This document shows positions 39,013 through 52,723 of a stretch of DNA of 64,000 nt, one piece after another. The number at the start of each line of letters is the position of its first letter. Position 1 is the stretch's first letter. Position numbers and translations under genes: made by a program. Source of the DNA: Octopus vulgaris (Eukaryota); assembly GCA_951406725.2 (NCBI GenBank), contig OX597839.1:14880001-14944000 (forward strand). The letters are read 5' to 3'. Below the pieces are notes generated by a model, which worked only from the letters and a program-made list of their open reading frames with translations, was not told the origin of the DNA and searched no databases.

Positions 39013-39430
39013 GTATCCTGATGTTTCAATGTTAATTACTTTCATTAATTTGATAGCATTTCAGACTGAAAAAGAATACAATGTCTATTGTTTTTAAACT
39101 TTCCAAGAGTGCATTAATGAAAATATGAAATGAATAATCGATAATTTGACGAATATCTTAAATTTATTTATTGCCTAGAAGATTTCAGGCATGTATTTCC
39201 TACATACAGTAATGCACTACATACCAGTCGACACCGGAAATTTTTCAAACCACCTACGTCCACGAAGTATTGAAGTTTTATAGTCGTATTATCTGGAATT
39301 TCTTCCTTTAGTGCATTCTTCCTCATGCATTTCCTCTAGTGAATACAAATATCAGCATGTTTTCAGTTTTCTATTTGGTTGAAATCCGGGGTTTCAGTGG
39401 TTACTACTGTATTTTTAAAATTTTTATCAG

Positions 39431-39494
<64 letters not shown>

Positions 39495-42478
39495 TTACAT
39501 ATAAGACACCAAAGGGTACGTACATCGCTATATTTATATAAAAAGGAATACCAAACATGGGACAGGAACGCAAAACATCCTGACAGATGATACAAAAAAA
39601 AAGGACGGGTAATTCGGAGTTTTCTTTCTTCAGTCGAGTTCCAGATTATCTTTGTAATTTCGACTGGTTATACTCGAGATAGTTCCAATCTGGCTAGCCC
39701 CAAGCAAAAACTAAGAGCACGTGGTTTAATTTTTTTGTACTGTTCATATCTTTTTCTCTTTTTTTACTTCCTACTCTCTTTATTTCTCATAAATTAAATG
39801 TTCATTCTTATAACTTAACACAGTAGATTTTCCTTATAAATTGAAGTAATGGTTGTTTAAATTGTGATTGCACTTGTGGGTCCTTTGATTTTACGAAATG
39901 CAAAATATTATAACGGTAAATCTGTTATAACAATCTTAAGTATAAATCACAATTTTTTTCTCTTATTAGATTGCCATAAATGTTAGAGAGTCGGACAAAA
40001 TGCCTTACGGTATTTCTTCTGGCTCTTTACATTGAGTTCGAATCCCAGCCAGGTCAATTTTGCCTCTCATCACTCCGGAGTTGCTAGAATAGAGTACTTG
40101 TCAAATACTGAGATCAACGTAATTGAGTATTACTCTCTCCTAAATTTCAGATCTTGTGCCTGAAACAGTTACTAATTTTATCAACTACCACTCCTAAGTT
40201 GTTTTCTCGCTTTATGCTATGTTTTATGTTATGTATTTCAAGTAAAAAGAGCAGGTGCCATTAAACTCACGGTAAGTCAAGTCCTTAAAGTGAACCCAGT
40301 TCTCATATGAAATTATTTCACTACTCTTACACTAAATGTTCTTCAAAGAAGGCTACAGCATTATGTTTCCTCTGTTTCTAAAATACTGGGCATTTGTGCT
40401 TTTGTCAAATGAATCCAGTACTCTCTAAGTTTCCAATTTATGACATGCTCACTCTAGTTTTTATGAGACGAGTAAAGAATTCTTTTATTAAACAACACCA
40501 ACTTAAGCGGGTACCAGACCGTATTGTGTACAATTTATTTTTCTTTATACAAAAAAGTAGCACTATTTCCCGCGAGTAACGGCTTCTGTTTTGGCTCGTA
40601 TAGTAATGGTATGAATTAGGGTTGTTTAGCTCCAAGTCAACACACCTGATCGAGAAGACTTACGGTAAATGTCGTTTCAACCCCGAGTTTTCTTTTCTCT
40701 CTCTCTCTCTCTCTCTCTCTGTTTATCTCAGACTACATTGTATTCTTTATGTAAGCCGGAAGGGAGTGGCTTGAGAGACATAGTCGCTATTTCATGCAAT
40801 TCGAGTCATTAAGATGTCAGGTTACTGATAAATATTTCGAATATATTAGCCAATCAGCTAAATAACGAATTAACAAGTTCATTTTAATAGGAATGGGAAT
40901 GCTAATTCATTAATAAATTAGATACTGTTGTTTAACCTTCAGATAAGTCCTCGTTGAACAGAACTACAGTCAAAGGCATTCCTATTATTGCCATTGTCTT
41001 TTTCTTCAAGCATAGTGCATCCATAACCACGTTATTCAACATACCCTCTCTATTCTTAATAAAATAGGACGTGATTTAGGAGAGTTAGCTTGTTTTCCAG
41101 CAAGTACAACAAATGCATAGTTGTCGCTAATTTATTTGTCTAAAAGTACTGAGCTTATGAACGGTAATAATAGCCTCCTCAGTTCTTCAAAAACATGTTT
41201 CTTTTTCTATGGACTGACCAGGAATTTTGTAAGAAGGACTTGGGGAAATACTCAAACACATTTTGCGCATGAAAATCAAATAGGTTAAGTCATGGTTAAC
41301 ATACACTATATAGGGAGCCAAGAAATTTTAATTAATGAAGATTACACACACAGTGAGATGATAAAATCATATTAATCATTATAATGACCAATTCTGTCCA
41401 AGAAAGTAGTTCGTTACTTGCATTATATTTTGAACTAAATCAAATTTCTGCGTTGTCTCCCTTATCTTCTTTGACCAATAAGCTAATGATTTTATACCTT
41501 TTAGTTGTGTGCTGACTTGTTTGTGTACTCGCAGGAGTGTTTCTGAGATAAAGATGTACATTGACAAACATTGTAGATATACAAACAGTCGATAAGATCT
41601 ATTTGCCGCGTCGATAAGATCTATTTCGACGGAATCATGTTCTTTTCCTCATCTTATGAGACCCAACTGCATTTATAAGAATGTCTCGGAGATATTAACA
41701 TATATTTACTGGAATATAATGCAGTGAATCCATCCAAACAGCCCTTGATGACATAACACGGCTTATAAAATGTGATAGGACTGGCACAGCTCTCTTGAAA
41801 AAAGTATATTTCGGGTTATAAGGGAAACGAAATTTCATAATTTCTGTAGACTTAACTACGACTTGCATGTGGTTAAAAATATCATAAAACGAACTAAGGC
41901 TGCAAAAGGAAGTTCTGGGAGGAATTCACTAATCTTGGATATAGTATGAAGCTCTAAGCATTTTCTATTTGCTACATTTCGTAATTGCCCTACACGTCTG
42001 CATTTACTTTCAGCCAAATTCAACTTTGCCTTTCATTTGTTTCTTGATCAATACAATAAAATGCCATTTAGTTACTAAAATCGATTTAAAATTCCCTCAA
42101 ATTTTTTCTATTTGCCAACATGTTTTATAATAATGATGGCTCTTTTAAAAACCAGAGGAAAGCAGTATTTTTGAAACAGTGGGTTTTTTTTCAGTACGTG
42201 GGTGTTTGATGGCGGTAGCTTTACTTTTTCTTTACATCGATGTTAAAACATCTTTTTCACATTTATCATGTAAACACAGTATCGAATAACATCGTTTTCA
42301 CTATCATCACTCCCTCAGCGTTAGAATTTTCCTTATATAGCAATTAATGCGATTTATTTGGGGGTTGGTACTTGTAAAATGATATGGGTTTTGGCTGATG
42401 TTGCTTTATCTTTATTACGTTTCGCTTTTACAAAAATGATCGAGGTAGTATAAAATGGCTTCGTGTGTGCTTCTACGG

Positions 42479-42519
<41 letters not shown>

Positions 42520-42899
42520 AGATAGTTTCGTTCCAAATTGACTTTATGATCTCGGAATGTAACCGTTGTTCTTAATCCAGGTGGGTTTATGAAATTCGGA
42601 TATATATGTAAAGTCGGTCGAACTTTCAGAATATCATTAATGGATTACACTCTTACTCTCTTTCTCACAATCATACACATGTACATTAAATTCCTATTAA
42701 ACTGGATTCTGTTGAACCGCATATCGGACAGACTAGTTGAAGTCTTATTTAAGTGATTAATTGTCATTGTTGATTTTCTAACACCATCTTTGAATATCAG
42801 TGCTGAAGGAGTGTGTATTCTGGGTGTACAATGGTGGTTAATTCATATGCAGTAAACTCACTCCATAGTAAAAAAATGGATCGTGATGGTAAACCCAAT

Positions 42900-43300
42900 T
42901 TTTGTACCCTCTTATAGAATATTGTGGCCATTGTTCTGAGAAAGTACACCTAAATCACATTGTAATTGCCGACAAGTCGACAGGCTACCAGCTGAACACA
43001 TGGAAAAGCAGGTTCATGCCGTCGGACGCTGCTCTGACGGGCCAGTTAAACTTCTCGGTGACGAGGCGATGGCAATTCTTACTCAGAAATGGATAGAGAG
43101 GAAGCTGTCGTTGAAGGTCGGGCAAAGGTGGTGAATGCCTACATCGCCTCCATTATTATTTATCGCCTGACTGTCGTGCCTTGCCCTGGCTACCGCTTGA
43201 TCAGGTAGGGGCATCAGTTATTTATTTTCTTGTGGAAAGGATATGTTTCGATGATCAAGCAGTCAGTCTCTCTGCAGTTCGTCTCCATGACGAAGCTGCC
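42900..43300 (+). mobile_element. Tx1-clade LINE fragment (post-RT region)
   Basis: LNTWKS, GPVKLLG, RKLSLK-RAKVVNAYIASIIIYRLTVVPCP and FLWKG-like fragments, colinear with 19850-20110. Matching 3' tail at ~43990-44050 beyond the inserted SINE. Confidence 0.65.
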
Positions 43301-43540
43301 GTTCTGAGCGAAGGAAAGACCGAGGCTAGGCGACTGGCACCTGGTGTTATCAAGCGCTCACAACCTTCTATAAGTTGGGGGAGACTCTGTTTTAAGCATA
43401 CACTTGTGGGTTGGAGAACAAGAATTAGAAAGGGTACTTTCCTTTGGTATTCATATAGATCTTGGATAACGGGTTTCCTCGATTGGCCCTAGAGGTTCTC
43501 CTGTATCAGGATGATCACATCGCTATCACATTTTACTGAT

Positions 43541-43930
43541 TCTTTTACTCTTTTATTTGTTTCAGTTTGACTGTGGCCCTGCTGAAGCGCAGCCTCTAGT
43601 CAAAGAAATTGACTCCAGGACTTATTCTCTGTAAGCCTAGTACTTATTATATCGGTATCTTTTGCCGAAACGTTAAGTTACGGGGACGGAAATACACCAA
43701 CATCAGTTGTCAAGCGATAGTGGGGGGTAAACACACACACACACAAATACATACATACATACACATATACGACAGACTTCTTTCAGTTTCCGTCTACCAG
43801 ATCCACTCAATGCTTTGGTCGCCCCGAAGCTATAGTAGAAGACACTTGCCCAAGGTGCCACGCAGAGGGACTGAACCTGGAACCATATGATTGGGAAGAA
43901 AGCTTCTTACCACTCAGCCACTTCTGCGTC
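43541..43930 (-). mobile_element. SINE family A, full length
   Basis: Reverse complement of 34665-35040 along its length. Confidence 0.9.
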
Positions 43931-46726
43931 TTCACACAGCCACACCTTTTACACATTCTTATATCATTCCATTCTATATAAATCCCCACACCTTATGTCT
44001 GTCTTTGTATTGTCACCCTCATCCATCGCCCTGGTGGCAAGTAAAAGAAACCATATAAAATCTTAAGTCTCAGGGTGTGTATTTATATTCTTTATTGCAA
44101 GTGTACTTTATAATCGTACATTGAAATATGTAAAATACGAATCTATAAATAGCTTAGTTCTAATACATGATAATTTTGGTATAAGGTGCATTGATAGTTC
44201 GACGTTTATTGTCTAAAGAAATTTTCACAGACAAAATTTGTGTGACATTTATAAGAAAACCTTTCGTGACATTTTATCTCTAAATATCTGTTGACATTTA
44301 TTTGCAAGTTTGATTTGGTTTTTAGTCGCTTTGGACTGGAACCCTTATATATCTTATTCCTTCTCCCAACTCTGTTAGGTTTTGGGATTACCACTGAATT
44401 TTTTGTTTACACGTACATGTGAGATACATGACACTGGTAACCCCCATCTCTTTTCAAACTATTATACCCATGTGAGATTTCGAACTCAACACTGTAAGAT
44501 AGTGGTCTCCTCAATTGCCTACTCTTTCAGTTTGCAAACTTATAACTTCAACATTTGAAGGTTAAGTGTCTAAGTTCAGTAAATCCATACATTGCCGTTG
44601 GTGTGAGACGAAGCCTGTACTCTTCATTGAGCATTCCAAATATTTTATTTATCCAGCATACTTCAACGCTCTTGCCTTGTTCAGCTGTTAAGTTATGGGA
44701 CATAATCTATAGAGGCTCACAAGCATTGTAGATGCACCCATAACAATCACACACAAAAGGCATAGCTCGACTCGAGGTGTTACGTAATGGGACAGGAACC
44801 GATGCCTCGTTGTTTCGAAGCGAAATTCGTAACTATACACGCCTGCACTTTTATGCATTAAAACATCTTTAGAATTTATCCGTTTTTTCGATAGTTTCAC
44901 CTTTAGATTTCTTGCTGGAATTGTATAGCATAGCACTATTATTAGCTATATTTGCGATATGTAAACATGCAGTTACTTGAGAATATATTTGCCAACATTT
45001 ATTTTCGTAGATATATCCCAGATTTTGGTTGCATTATACATCCATTGTTCTATATGACTTGCGCCATAAATGTATATTGATTTTCCTTTCTCTTCAGAAT
45101 GTCACCTCTATGAAATATCAGACTCGCAATTAATTGGTTTCGGATTCACTGCCTCTGCACTCTCTTGAGAAAGCTTTTCTCATTGTCACAGGTGAACTAA
45201 AACTTTTTGAGTGAAATTTAACTGTTATGTAGAACTGCGTCGAATTTACTTTAATCTATTGATAACTGGGGATCAGAATTCATATTTTCTACTTTCCTAG
45301 CCGTAACTCTTCGTTAACTTGCATTTTCTTTTTAACTATACAGACTTCTCGGGACGAATATATTATAAGAAAGAAGAATGGAGTTGTGAGTCAAATTCAC
45401 CTAGTGTAATATCTAAATTACTGGAAATAGAGATGTGAATTATTGTGAGATATTTTTTCCTCGAAATCACTTTCACCGATGCTATCTTCCGAGATTTCGT
45501 TCTCTGTTCCATTCATAGAAGAATACGTCTCCATAACATACTACTTCGTTTATCCCATATGTATTTAACGATATAATACTATAAATATAGTAAGGTATAA
45601 CAATTTCACTGGTATTTCAAGGAAATACACGTCTTTGCGGAAGAGATTTCTCTTGCATTATATTTTGAAACGGTTGTTTGTTCTTTTCTTGGCTATTTTG
45701 CAGTTTGCCTCTGGTGTTCCCCGCCTCTGGCGTTGAAGTTCCGTCGTTGTTTTATACTACTACTAGTATTACTGGTAGCCCATAATAAAGTGGTTAACGT
45801 GATGCAACCAGTTTACTGTAGCTAAGTAATGCAAGAACTGCTCAAAGGCCCATTTGTTGTATCTTCTTACGTTTTTGCCTTATGTTGTTGTTTTTTTGCA
45901 TGAAAGATATGTAAATCTCTCTCGAATAAATTCCTTTTGCTTTCAATGCAGCACTTTGTTGTTGTTGTTGTTGTTGAGCGTTATCTTGACGCTAAGCTTA
46001 TCGAAGTTTGATTCTAATGTGCCAGTGAATATAGCTCTATTTTGCGATAAGCTAAATGAAAATAAACGAAATATAGTTGGAGAAATGTTTCTGTTTGAAC
46101 TAAAGAGATGGAGGACAGATTTCCTTCATTGGAAAGGAAAAAATATTTACAAAAATAACTTTTTTCACGTAGACGAAAAGTTCACTGAAATTTTTATTCA
46201 AGTTTTCGTCTAACAGATTTATCTGCAAAACGAGATTGCTAGTCGAACCAGTTCTTTTGCATACTGAGGTTATTCTTATTTCAACCCTCGACCATTTTAC
46301 CGAATTATATACTTTTCAAGTGGCACGTTCCCAGACAAAAATGTGTGTATATATTGTATGTGTGCATATGTGTGCGTATATATATGTGTGTGTATATTTG
46401 TATGTATGTGTGTATATTTGTATGAATATAAGTTTATATATTTGTATGTGTATATGTGTGTATATATTTGTAAGTATGTATATATGTGAATGTATGTATA
46501 TGTGTATTTCAAAAATGAAATAAGTGAAATCCAGTTTCAAGGCGTAGCATATTGATAAATGTCTCCAAATAAATATTAAGGCTCTCTGCAACTTAAAACT
46601 TGACGCTATCAACCTTGTTGATAATGTTTCAGGCATATAAAAATTTGTATTATTTTCTGAAATGGAACTTTACTTTAATCTTCAAAAGAACTGATCAAAT
46701 GTAAATTTTGTTTTCCTGTAGAAAAA

Positions 46727-46808
46727 AAGGAGTATGACATCCGAGCGCCTACATAAGATGGATTCAAAAGAATCCATCTTATGTAGGCGCTCGGATGTCA
46801 TACTCCTT
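46727..46808. repeat. Perfect 39-bp inverted repeat with 4-nt loop
   Basis: aaggagtatgacatccgagcgcctacataagatggattc-aaaa-gaatccatcttatgtaggcgctcggatgtcatactcctt. Confidence 0.97.
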
Positions 46809-47500
46809 CATTCCGGAAGTTTTAACACAAACAGCAAACCAAAAGATAAAAAAATATATACTAAACATATATTAGACTATATTAATATATAAGTATGTAA
46901 ACCGTCTGTTACATGGATGGCACAGTGGCCTGTGGCACTTACATAGATAATGACTTTCTTGTCTATTTAGCGTTTCTTTGACCCCTGGGGATTGCTCTCT
47001 CTCTCTCCCTCTCTCTTTCTCTCTCCCTCTCTCTCTTTCTCTCTCTCTCCATCTTTCTTTCTCTCTCTCATTTCCTTTCTAATCTAACTCAGCTTTTCAC
47101 TTTACCATGTGTGTGATTGTGCAAATTCACATACGGTCTCACACAAATCACATTTACACACTGATATCGTATAGTCACGCAGCAGGTATTTTGTTATGCG
47201 TATGTATGTGCACGTAAATAAAAAAATGTGTATATTATCTCTCTCTCTCTCACTGTTTCTGCGATATAAATAAATATGTTGTGCGTTTACAGGCACACAC
47301 GCACGTTTATATATGTATGTGAGTAATATCGCATTAGATGTATGTGCACAGAATAAAAGGTCATTCGTACGGCAATATCTTCGACAGAATCAGCCAGGTA
47401 AATATTAACATCCTGCTTTAACAGAGAATGGGGTCGGATCTGAATTGGTAGGTTCTTCCTACACTCTTCTCTTATGCTCTCTTTCTCTATTATCTCTCTT

Positions 47501-47540
<40 letters not shown>

Positions 47541-47729
47541 TATATGAATGCCGAAATCAGGTGATCTGGCAGTCGCAGCGGTCGTAGCGGATGGTCCTCA
47601 CCCAACAGCGATATAAACACCAGTATTTTTGTGCATCATAATTCCATATCAGTCCCCTCGTGGTAAATATTCTATCTTCTAGCACAACATCCACTTTAAG
47701 TGTAGGTAATAATATTGCCTCTGTCGTTA

Positions 47730-47853
47730 TCTATGTATGTATATTTATATATATGTATGTATGTATGTATATATATGTATGTATGTATATATATGTATGT
47801 ATGTATATATATATATATATGTATGTGTATATATATATATATATATGTATGTG

Positions 47854-47892
<39 letters not shown>

Positions 47893-47900
47893 CTGTCTGT
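47730..47900. repeat. (TATG)n/(TA)n/(TG)n compound microsatellite
   Basis: Direct reading; similar tracts at 39432-39492, 46340-46510, 48100-48220 and 56452-56518. Confidence 0.95.
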
Positions 47901-48098
47901 TCGTATAAATAACTTAAGATGTTACGGCATTTACTGCCGTCTTAGTTGGCCGGGTAGTAAAATGATATATATTTATATACAACAGCTTAATTCAGTGTAC
48001 TTGTATATAATGTAAAATCTAATATTATTTCTGTGAAAACCCTTGTCTGTAGACATTGAATATCTAGTATGTACAATAGATACGTACGTACAAGCGCG

Positions 48099-48131
<33 letters not shown>

Positions 48132-49479
48132 ACCCACAGAAACGTGAATCTACCATTTCATATGTGTGTGTATGTATATATTTATTTACACACACACACA
48201 CACACACATACACACACATTTTTATAGATAAAGTTATTCTATAAAGCAGTCATAAATAGGACGAGCACCGTGAAGGAAAGCCCAATTTGCATATTTGTGC
48301 TTCGACAGCACATCATTAAAGTGTCTGTTTTAGGTACAGGAATGCATAAATCAGAAATTAAATAATTTGAATATTACAAAGTCACACTAATGTTGAACTG
48401 AGAATGTAAGCACATTCCGCCTATGCGAGGAAAATAGAGATGAGTGAGTCCTCTTATATTTGTTTCATGGATAGTCGACCGCTTTTTGGAAAAGACACAA
48501 ACTGGTGTCATCTCATAATTGGGATATAAAGAAGTCATAAATTAAGTTAGCATCGTAGTGGATTGTCTAATTTGCATACTGTGCTATTGACGGGTCATCA
48601 TTAATTACACAATGTGTATTTTATGCAGAACACAGCGTAAATTAGAAGAACTGAAATAAAAATATTACAAAATCTTGCTGTGGGTAAACTAAAAATGTAA
48701 ATACATTGTATTTATGGTAGTTGATATACGGAAAAAGATTGGGGAGTCTACTGACGAACCATTTCACAGATTGTAGACATTACTGTATTGTGTCATCAGT
48801 TATGGTTCCTTGTATGACACTATCCTCTTCAATTCCATTTGAAAATTTAATAAAATTTTCAGTGTGCGTGTATGTATGTAAAACCTCATACATTTTTACA
48901 AATTGTCATGAAAACTTTTGGCAGACGTATATATGCTCCCTCTCACTCTCTTTCATACACACACACACACACACACACACAAATTGGAACATGTGCAGAA
49001 AGAAGCCATTTCTAAGAACGAGTTTGTATCGTGACACTTTTCCTTCACATACCATTAATCTTTCCCTGCCTATTTAATATTAAAACCTCGCTTCAAAACG
49101 ATACCAAGCCTGCATATATGGCTATGGCTAACATTCATATAAAACAACTGCAATCAGCCACTCGGTGAAATTCTAGTATAATGCCACTTTCTGATAGAAT
49201 AAACACATACACATATATCCTACATAGAAAATCTGTTCTGAAACTGGCCACGTGTGTTTCTATATTTTAGAATATAATTGTATTCTTATTTACTCTAAGT
49301 GCATTTTCAACTTCATTTCTTCTATTCCTCCACTTGGTTCGGCAGTTTATTCCCTATACAATGCTATTGGCGAAAGTGGATCGGTATTGCACCCAGTGTA
49401 AAAGAACCCCTTGATTTAACCAAGAAGTTAAAGATTCTATTTGAACAAAGTTGGAGGTTTACAAAGCTTGACTTGGAAA

Positions 49480-50285
49480 CAAGACATGCGGTGCACCGAG
49501 GAACGAAATGTTGCTGCAAAAACAGTTAAAACGTCCAAGGCTAAATCACCGGAGGACTTCGGGGTTAAGCTGAACTCTGACTTTAAAATGGCCAATAACA
49601 TTCTGGTAAACCATCTGCCGACTTCGTAACGTCAAGCTCTCTTCCACATTTGTCATTAAGAACATGGCCAGGATTCTTTCTACAGAGAGGAGCGTCCTTG
49701 TGAGAGGGAGAGAATATGTTGCTGATTTCCTAAAGCCAGTAACACTAAAATCTTCTGGTCGATACGAGGTACATCTGATGGCGAAGACTAACTTCACAGA
49801 GGCTAAAGGCGTAGAGGCGATTAAAGCACTCATTTGTAGCGAATCCACAATGGAGGATGAAATTTGGCTTTAAATGTTAAAAGCTTTAAATGGAAAAGGC
49901 ATGCTCTGACTGATTCGGAGCTTGGATCTCTGGAAAGACACCAAAGCAATGGGCAATTCTGAATAATAATCGCTATTTTTAAAGATGGAAATGGGTGCTT
50001 TAAGAGGAATCTCTTTGCTGAACCTTTTCTGTAAAGCCTATGCTTGATATCTAGAAAATGGTTCCACCCTGGACGCAGCACAACCAACCAGATATTCTCA
50101 CTCAACGGCAGGTCTTCGAGAAATCGCGGAAATATTGCCAAAAAGTGTACGCTTACTTTGTATACCCACCACCACCACCACCAAAGTCATATGACTATGT
50201 GCTGCGGGACATGCAGTGGAGAGTTTTGCAGGAGTTTAGGATGAATAGGCAACTGCTGGTTGCCGTATTATCCTTACAGGGTAAT
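49480..50285 (+). mobile_element. RTE LINE RT-domain fragment
   Basis: IAIFK, RGISL, FHPGRSTTNQIFSL, QVFEKSRKY..VYAYFV, YDYVLRDMQWRVLQEF. Frameshifted. Confidence 0.8.
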
Positions 50286-51205
50286 ACTTTCAGTTACTGA
50301 TAAATTCTTATATCTACGCTAAATTTGAAACTTCTGCATAACCTACCTTCTTTAAAATAGAAAAACACGTTGGTTACGTAGTCCTAGACATATGTATGAA
50401 AATAAAGTCAGGATAGCCACGGCTTGGACGCCTTTGACTGTTGGTCTAATATTGAAGCTAAACAACTACCTGATAGAATTTATTTACGTTCTTTAATGTT
50501 CTGAATTAAAACCCTGCTGAGGTAAACTTTGATTTTCCTCCTTCTGAAGTCGATATGATTAAGTATCAGAGAAGTAGCAGAGTCAGTTTAACTTCCCTTC
50601 CAAATTTGGAGCTTTGTATTTACGTTCGAAATTGGTATCTTCAATCATATATTAACTTCAAATTATATATTTTGCAGCTGTTTGAAACACGTGTTCAAAT
50701 TAGAGTCCCCTGATCCTGAAGACAATAATAAATGCAAGCATTCAGCTTCTGTTTAGCCGCAGGTCAACTATGATTCAACAAACTTATCATCTATAGCATT
50801 CCAGCCGTACCTATACATTCTTTTTAGAAATATATCTAGACCTACTAAATTATTTGTTTGTTTCTTTTTGTTTTTAGATGATACAGTGTTATTTGAGGGA
50901 GTTTTGGATGGTATTTTTAGAAAGTCAACCAACTGCGTATTTCACCTTCATTAAAGTTTGAAACACCCCACTGATAAGTTTCTAAAAACACGTGTTACAA
51001 AAAAAAAGTCCGTTATCTTATAGTTAACAATAAGCAGTTTAATATAATTTGTGTAACGATGAATCTGTAACATCAATATACATCGAGTTTTCTCTGCATA
51101 GTCCAATAAAAGCTTTTATGCACTTGCAATTCGCCTACGAAACCAAAAGGATTACCAGCTTAGTTTTAAAGGTTCACTCGATGGTTTGTAAAGTATACAA
51201 GTATC

Positions 51206-51251
<46 letters not shown>

Positions 51252-52057
51252 TGTGTGTGTGAGTATATATAAATATGGTGGGGGTGCTGTATAAATACAT
51301 GGCGATTTAGGCTTTGAAGATGAGTTTTCTTAAAATGAGTACAAGGGTAAACACAGCGGTGCAGAAAGTCAAGATATCAGAAAAAAAGAAAGGCAAGGAA
51401 ATACGCAAGAAACTGAATGAAAGAGAATAGTGCTGGTCTGGCGAACTGGCTTTCCGTTGTTGCTGGTCGAAACAGTGATGACGAAAATGTTGTAGAGAAT
51501 AACGGTTTCGGCGATGATAGTTGTTGGTGATAGTGTAACTTGAAACCAGGAAGGTTAGTGCAGATTGAACAAACCACAGCAAGCCAAAGCAACCTTTGTC
51601 AGCGTGACATAAAACTAAGATTAAAAAGCTGAATAGAAAAGGAAAGCTAAGAAAGCAAATGCTGGGTTGTGTAGAAGATTTACTCGTAGACAACCGGATG
51701 TTAAAATAGATAAGTAGAAAAAAGGTGGCAAGCTGAAAGATACATACACACACATATATGTTAAAATTCTTCTAAAAATGTACTACAATGCAAGATGGGA
51801 ATAAATAGAAATCGAGAAAAATATAAAGCAAGTGTTTATGCTTCTTCCAAAAGCTACAAACTCACCACTAGTCCTCAATTTCATTTGACTTTTAACTTTC
51901 AGTTATTATGAGATAAATGCGTAAACTGTGATTTTATTATCTACTCTTTTCATTCCTCTATTTCTAATCTGCATTACACTAATTTTCTAAAATTATTGTA
52001 ATTTCTCTATCTCACGATATTTTATTTAATCTACTCTATAAATACACAAACATGCGT

Positions 52058-52697
52058 GCGCATTAAGAAAGTCGCTTTGCAACCACGCGTTGTTGGGCTC
52101 AGACTCACTACGCGACACTTGGGCAAGTGCCTTCCCAAGCCATAAACATGTTCTACCCATTTTTGTATGTCTATTTTCCTTGGTTACTTGGAGATAAGGT
52201 CGAACAATTGCCCTTTCCCTTAAAAACATGTAAATTCTGGAGAATTCTTGGAACACATGATTATCACCTGTTCTCAATTGGAGCGAGTATAAATTGCATT
52301 TAGTAATTATATCTCCTAGAGTTGGAGGAAATTTTAACAAGTACTTATATTGTAAAGTATTTGATATTCCTTTGTTTGTATATGTTCAAATACTTGTCAC
52401 TGTCCAGTCTGAGTTATTCCTCTTAGCTCATTTTTGTTAAATATAACGTGTGTGTGTTTATGTATACACATATTTGTGCGTTAGTTTTTTGTGTTTTGAC
52501 CCCCGCTACTCTTGTCAATAGTGTTGGTTTGTTCACGTCTCTGTAATTGAGCGGTTCTGTAAAAGATATTGATAAAAATAAGTTCCAAAGTCTCAGACAC
52601 TAAAAATAAGTACTGAAGTTGATTTATTTGATTAAACCCTCCAAATCACTGCCACAGAATGGACAGTCTAATGAGACTGAAATGAGTAAAAGATAAA
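52058..52697 (+). mobile_element. SINE family A, diverged, halves separated (52058-52140 and 52450-52697)
   Basis: 5' head with cttgggcaagtgcc; 3' half with gagcggttctgtaaaaga...gagactgaaatgagtaaaagat. Confidence 0.6.
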
Positions 52698-52723
52698 TAT
52701 ATAGTAAATATACAAAGCATATA

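Noticed and set aside
39500-39720. Possible Penelope terminal repeat with hammerhead on the minus strand (ctgaagaaagaaaactccgaat)
   Set aside because: The GAAA core and stems are not convincingly present.
41588-41626. Short two-unit direct repeats (also 933-980, 24651-24686, 57449-57503) as CRISPR-like or regulatory arrays
   Set aside because: Only two units each with no spacer series; ordinary slippage duplications in eukaryotic DNA.
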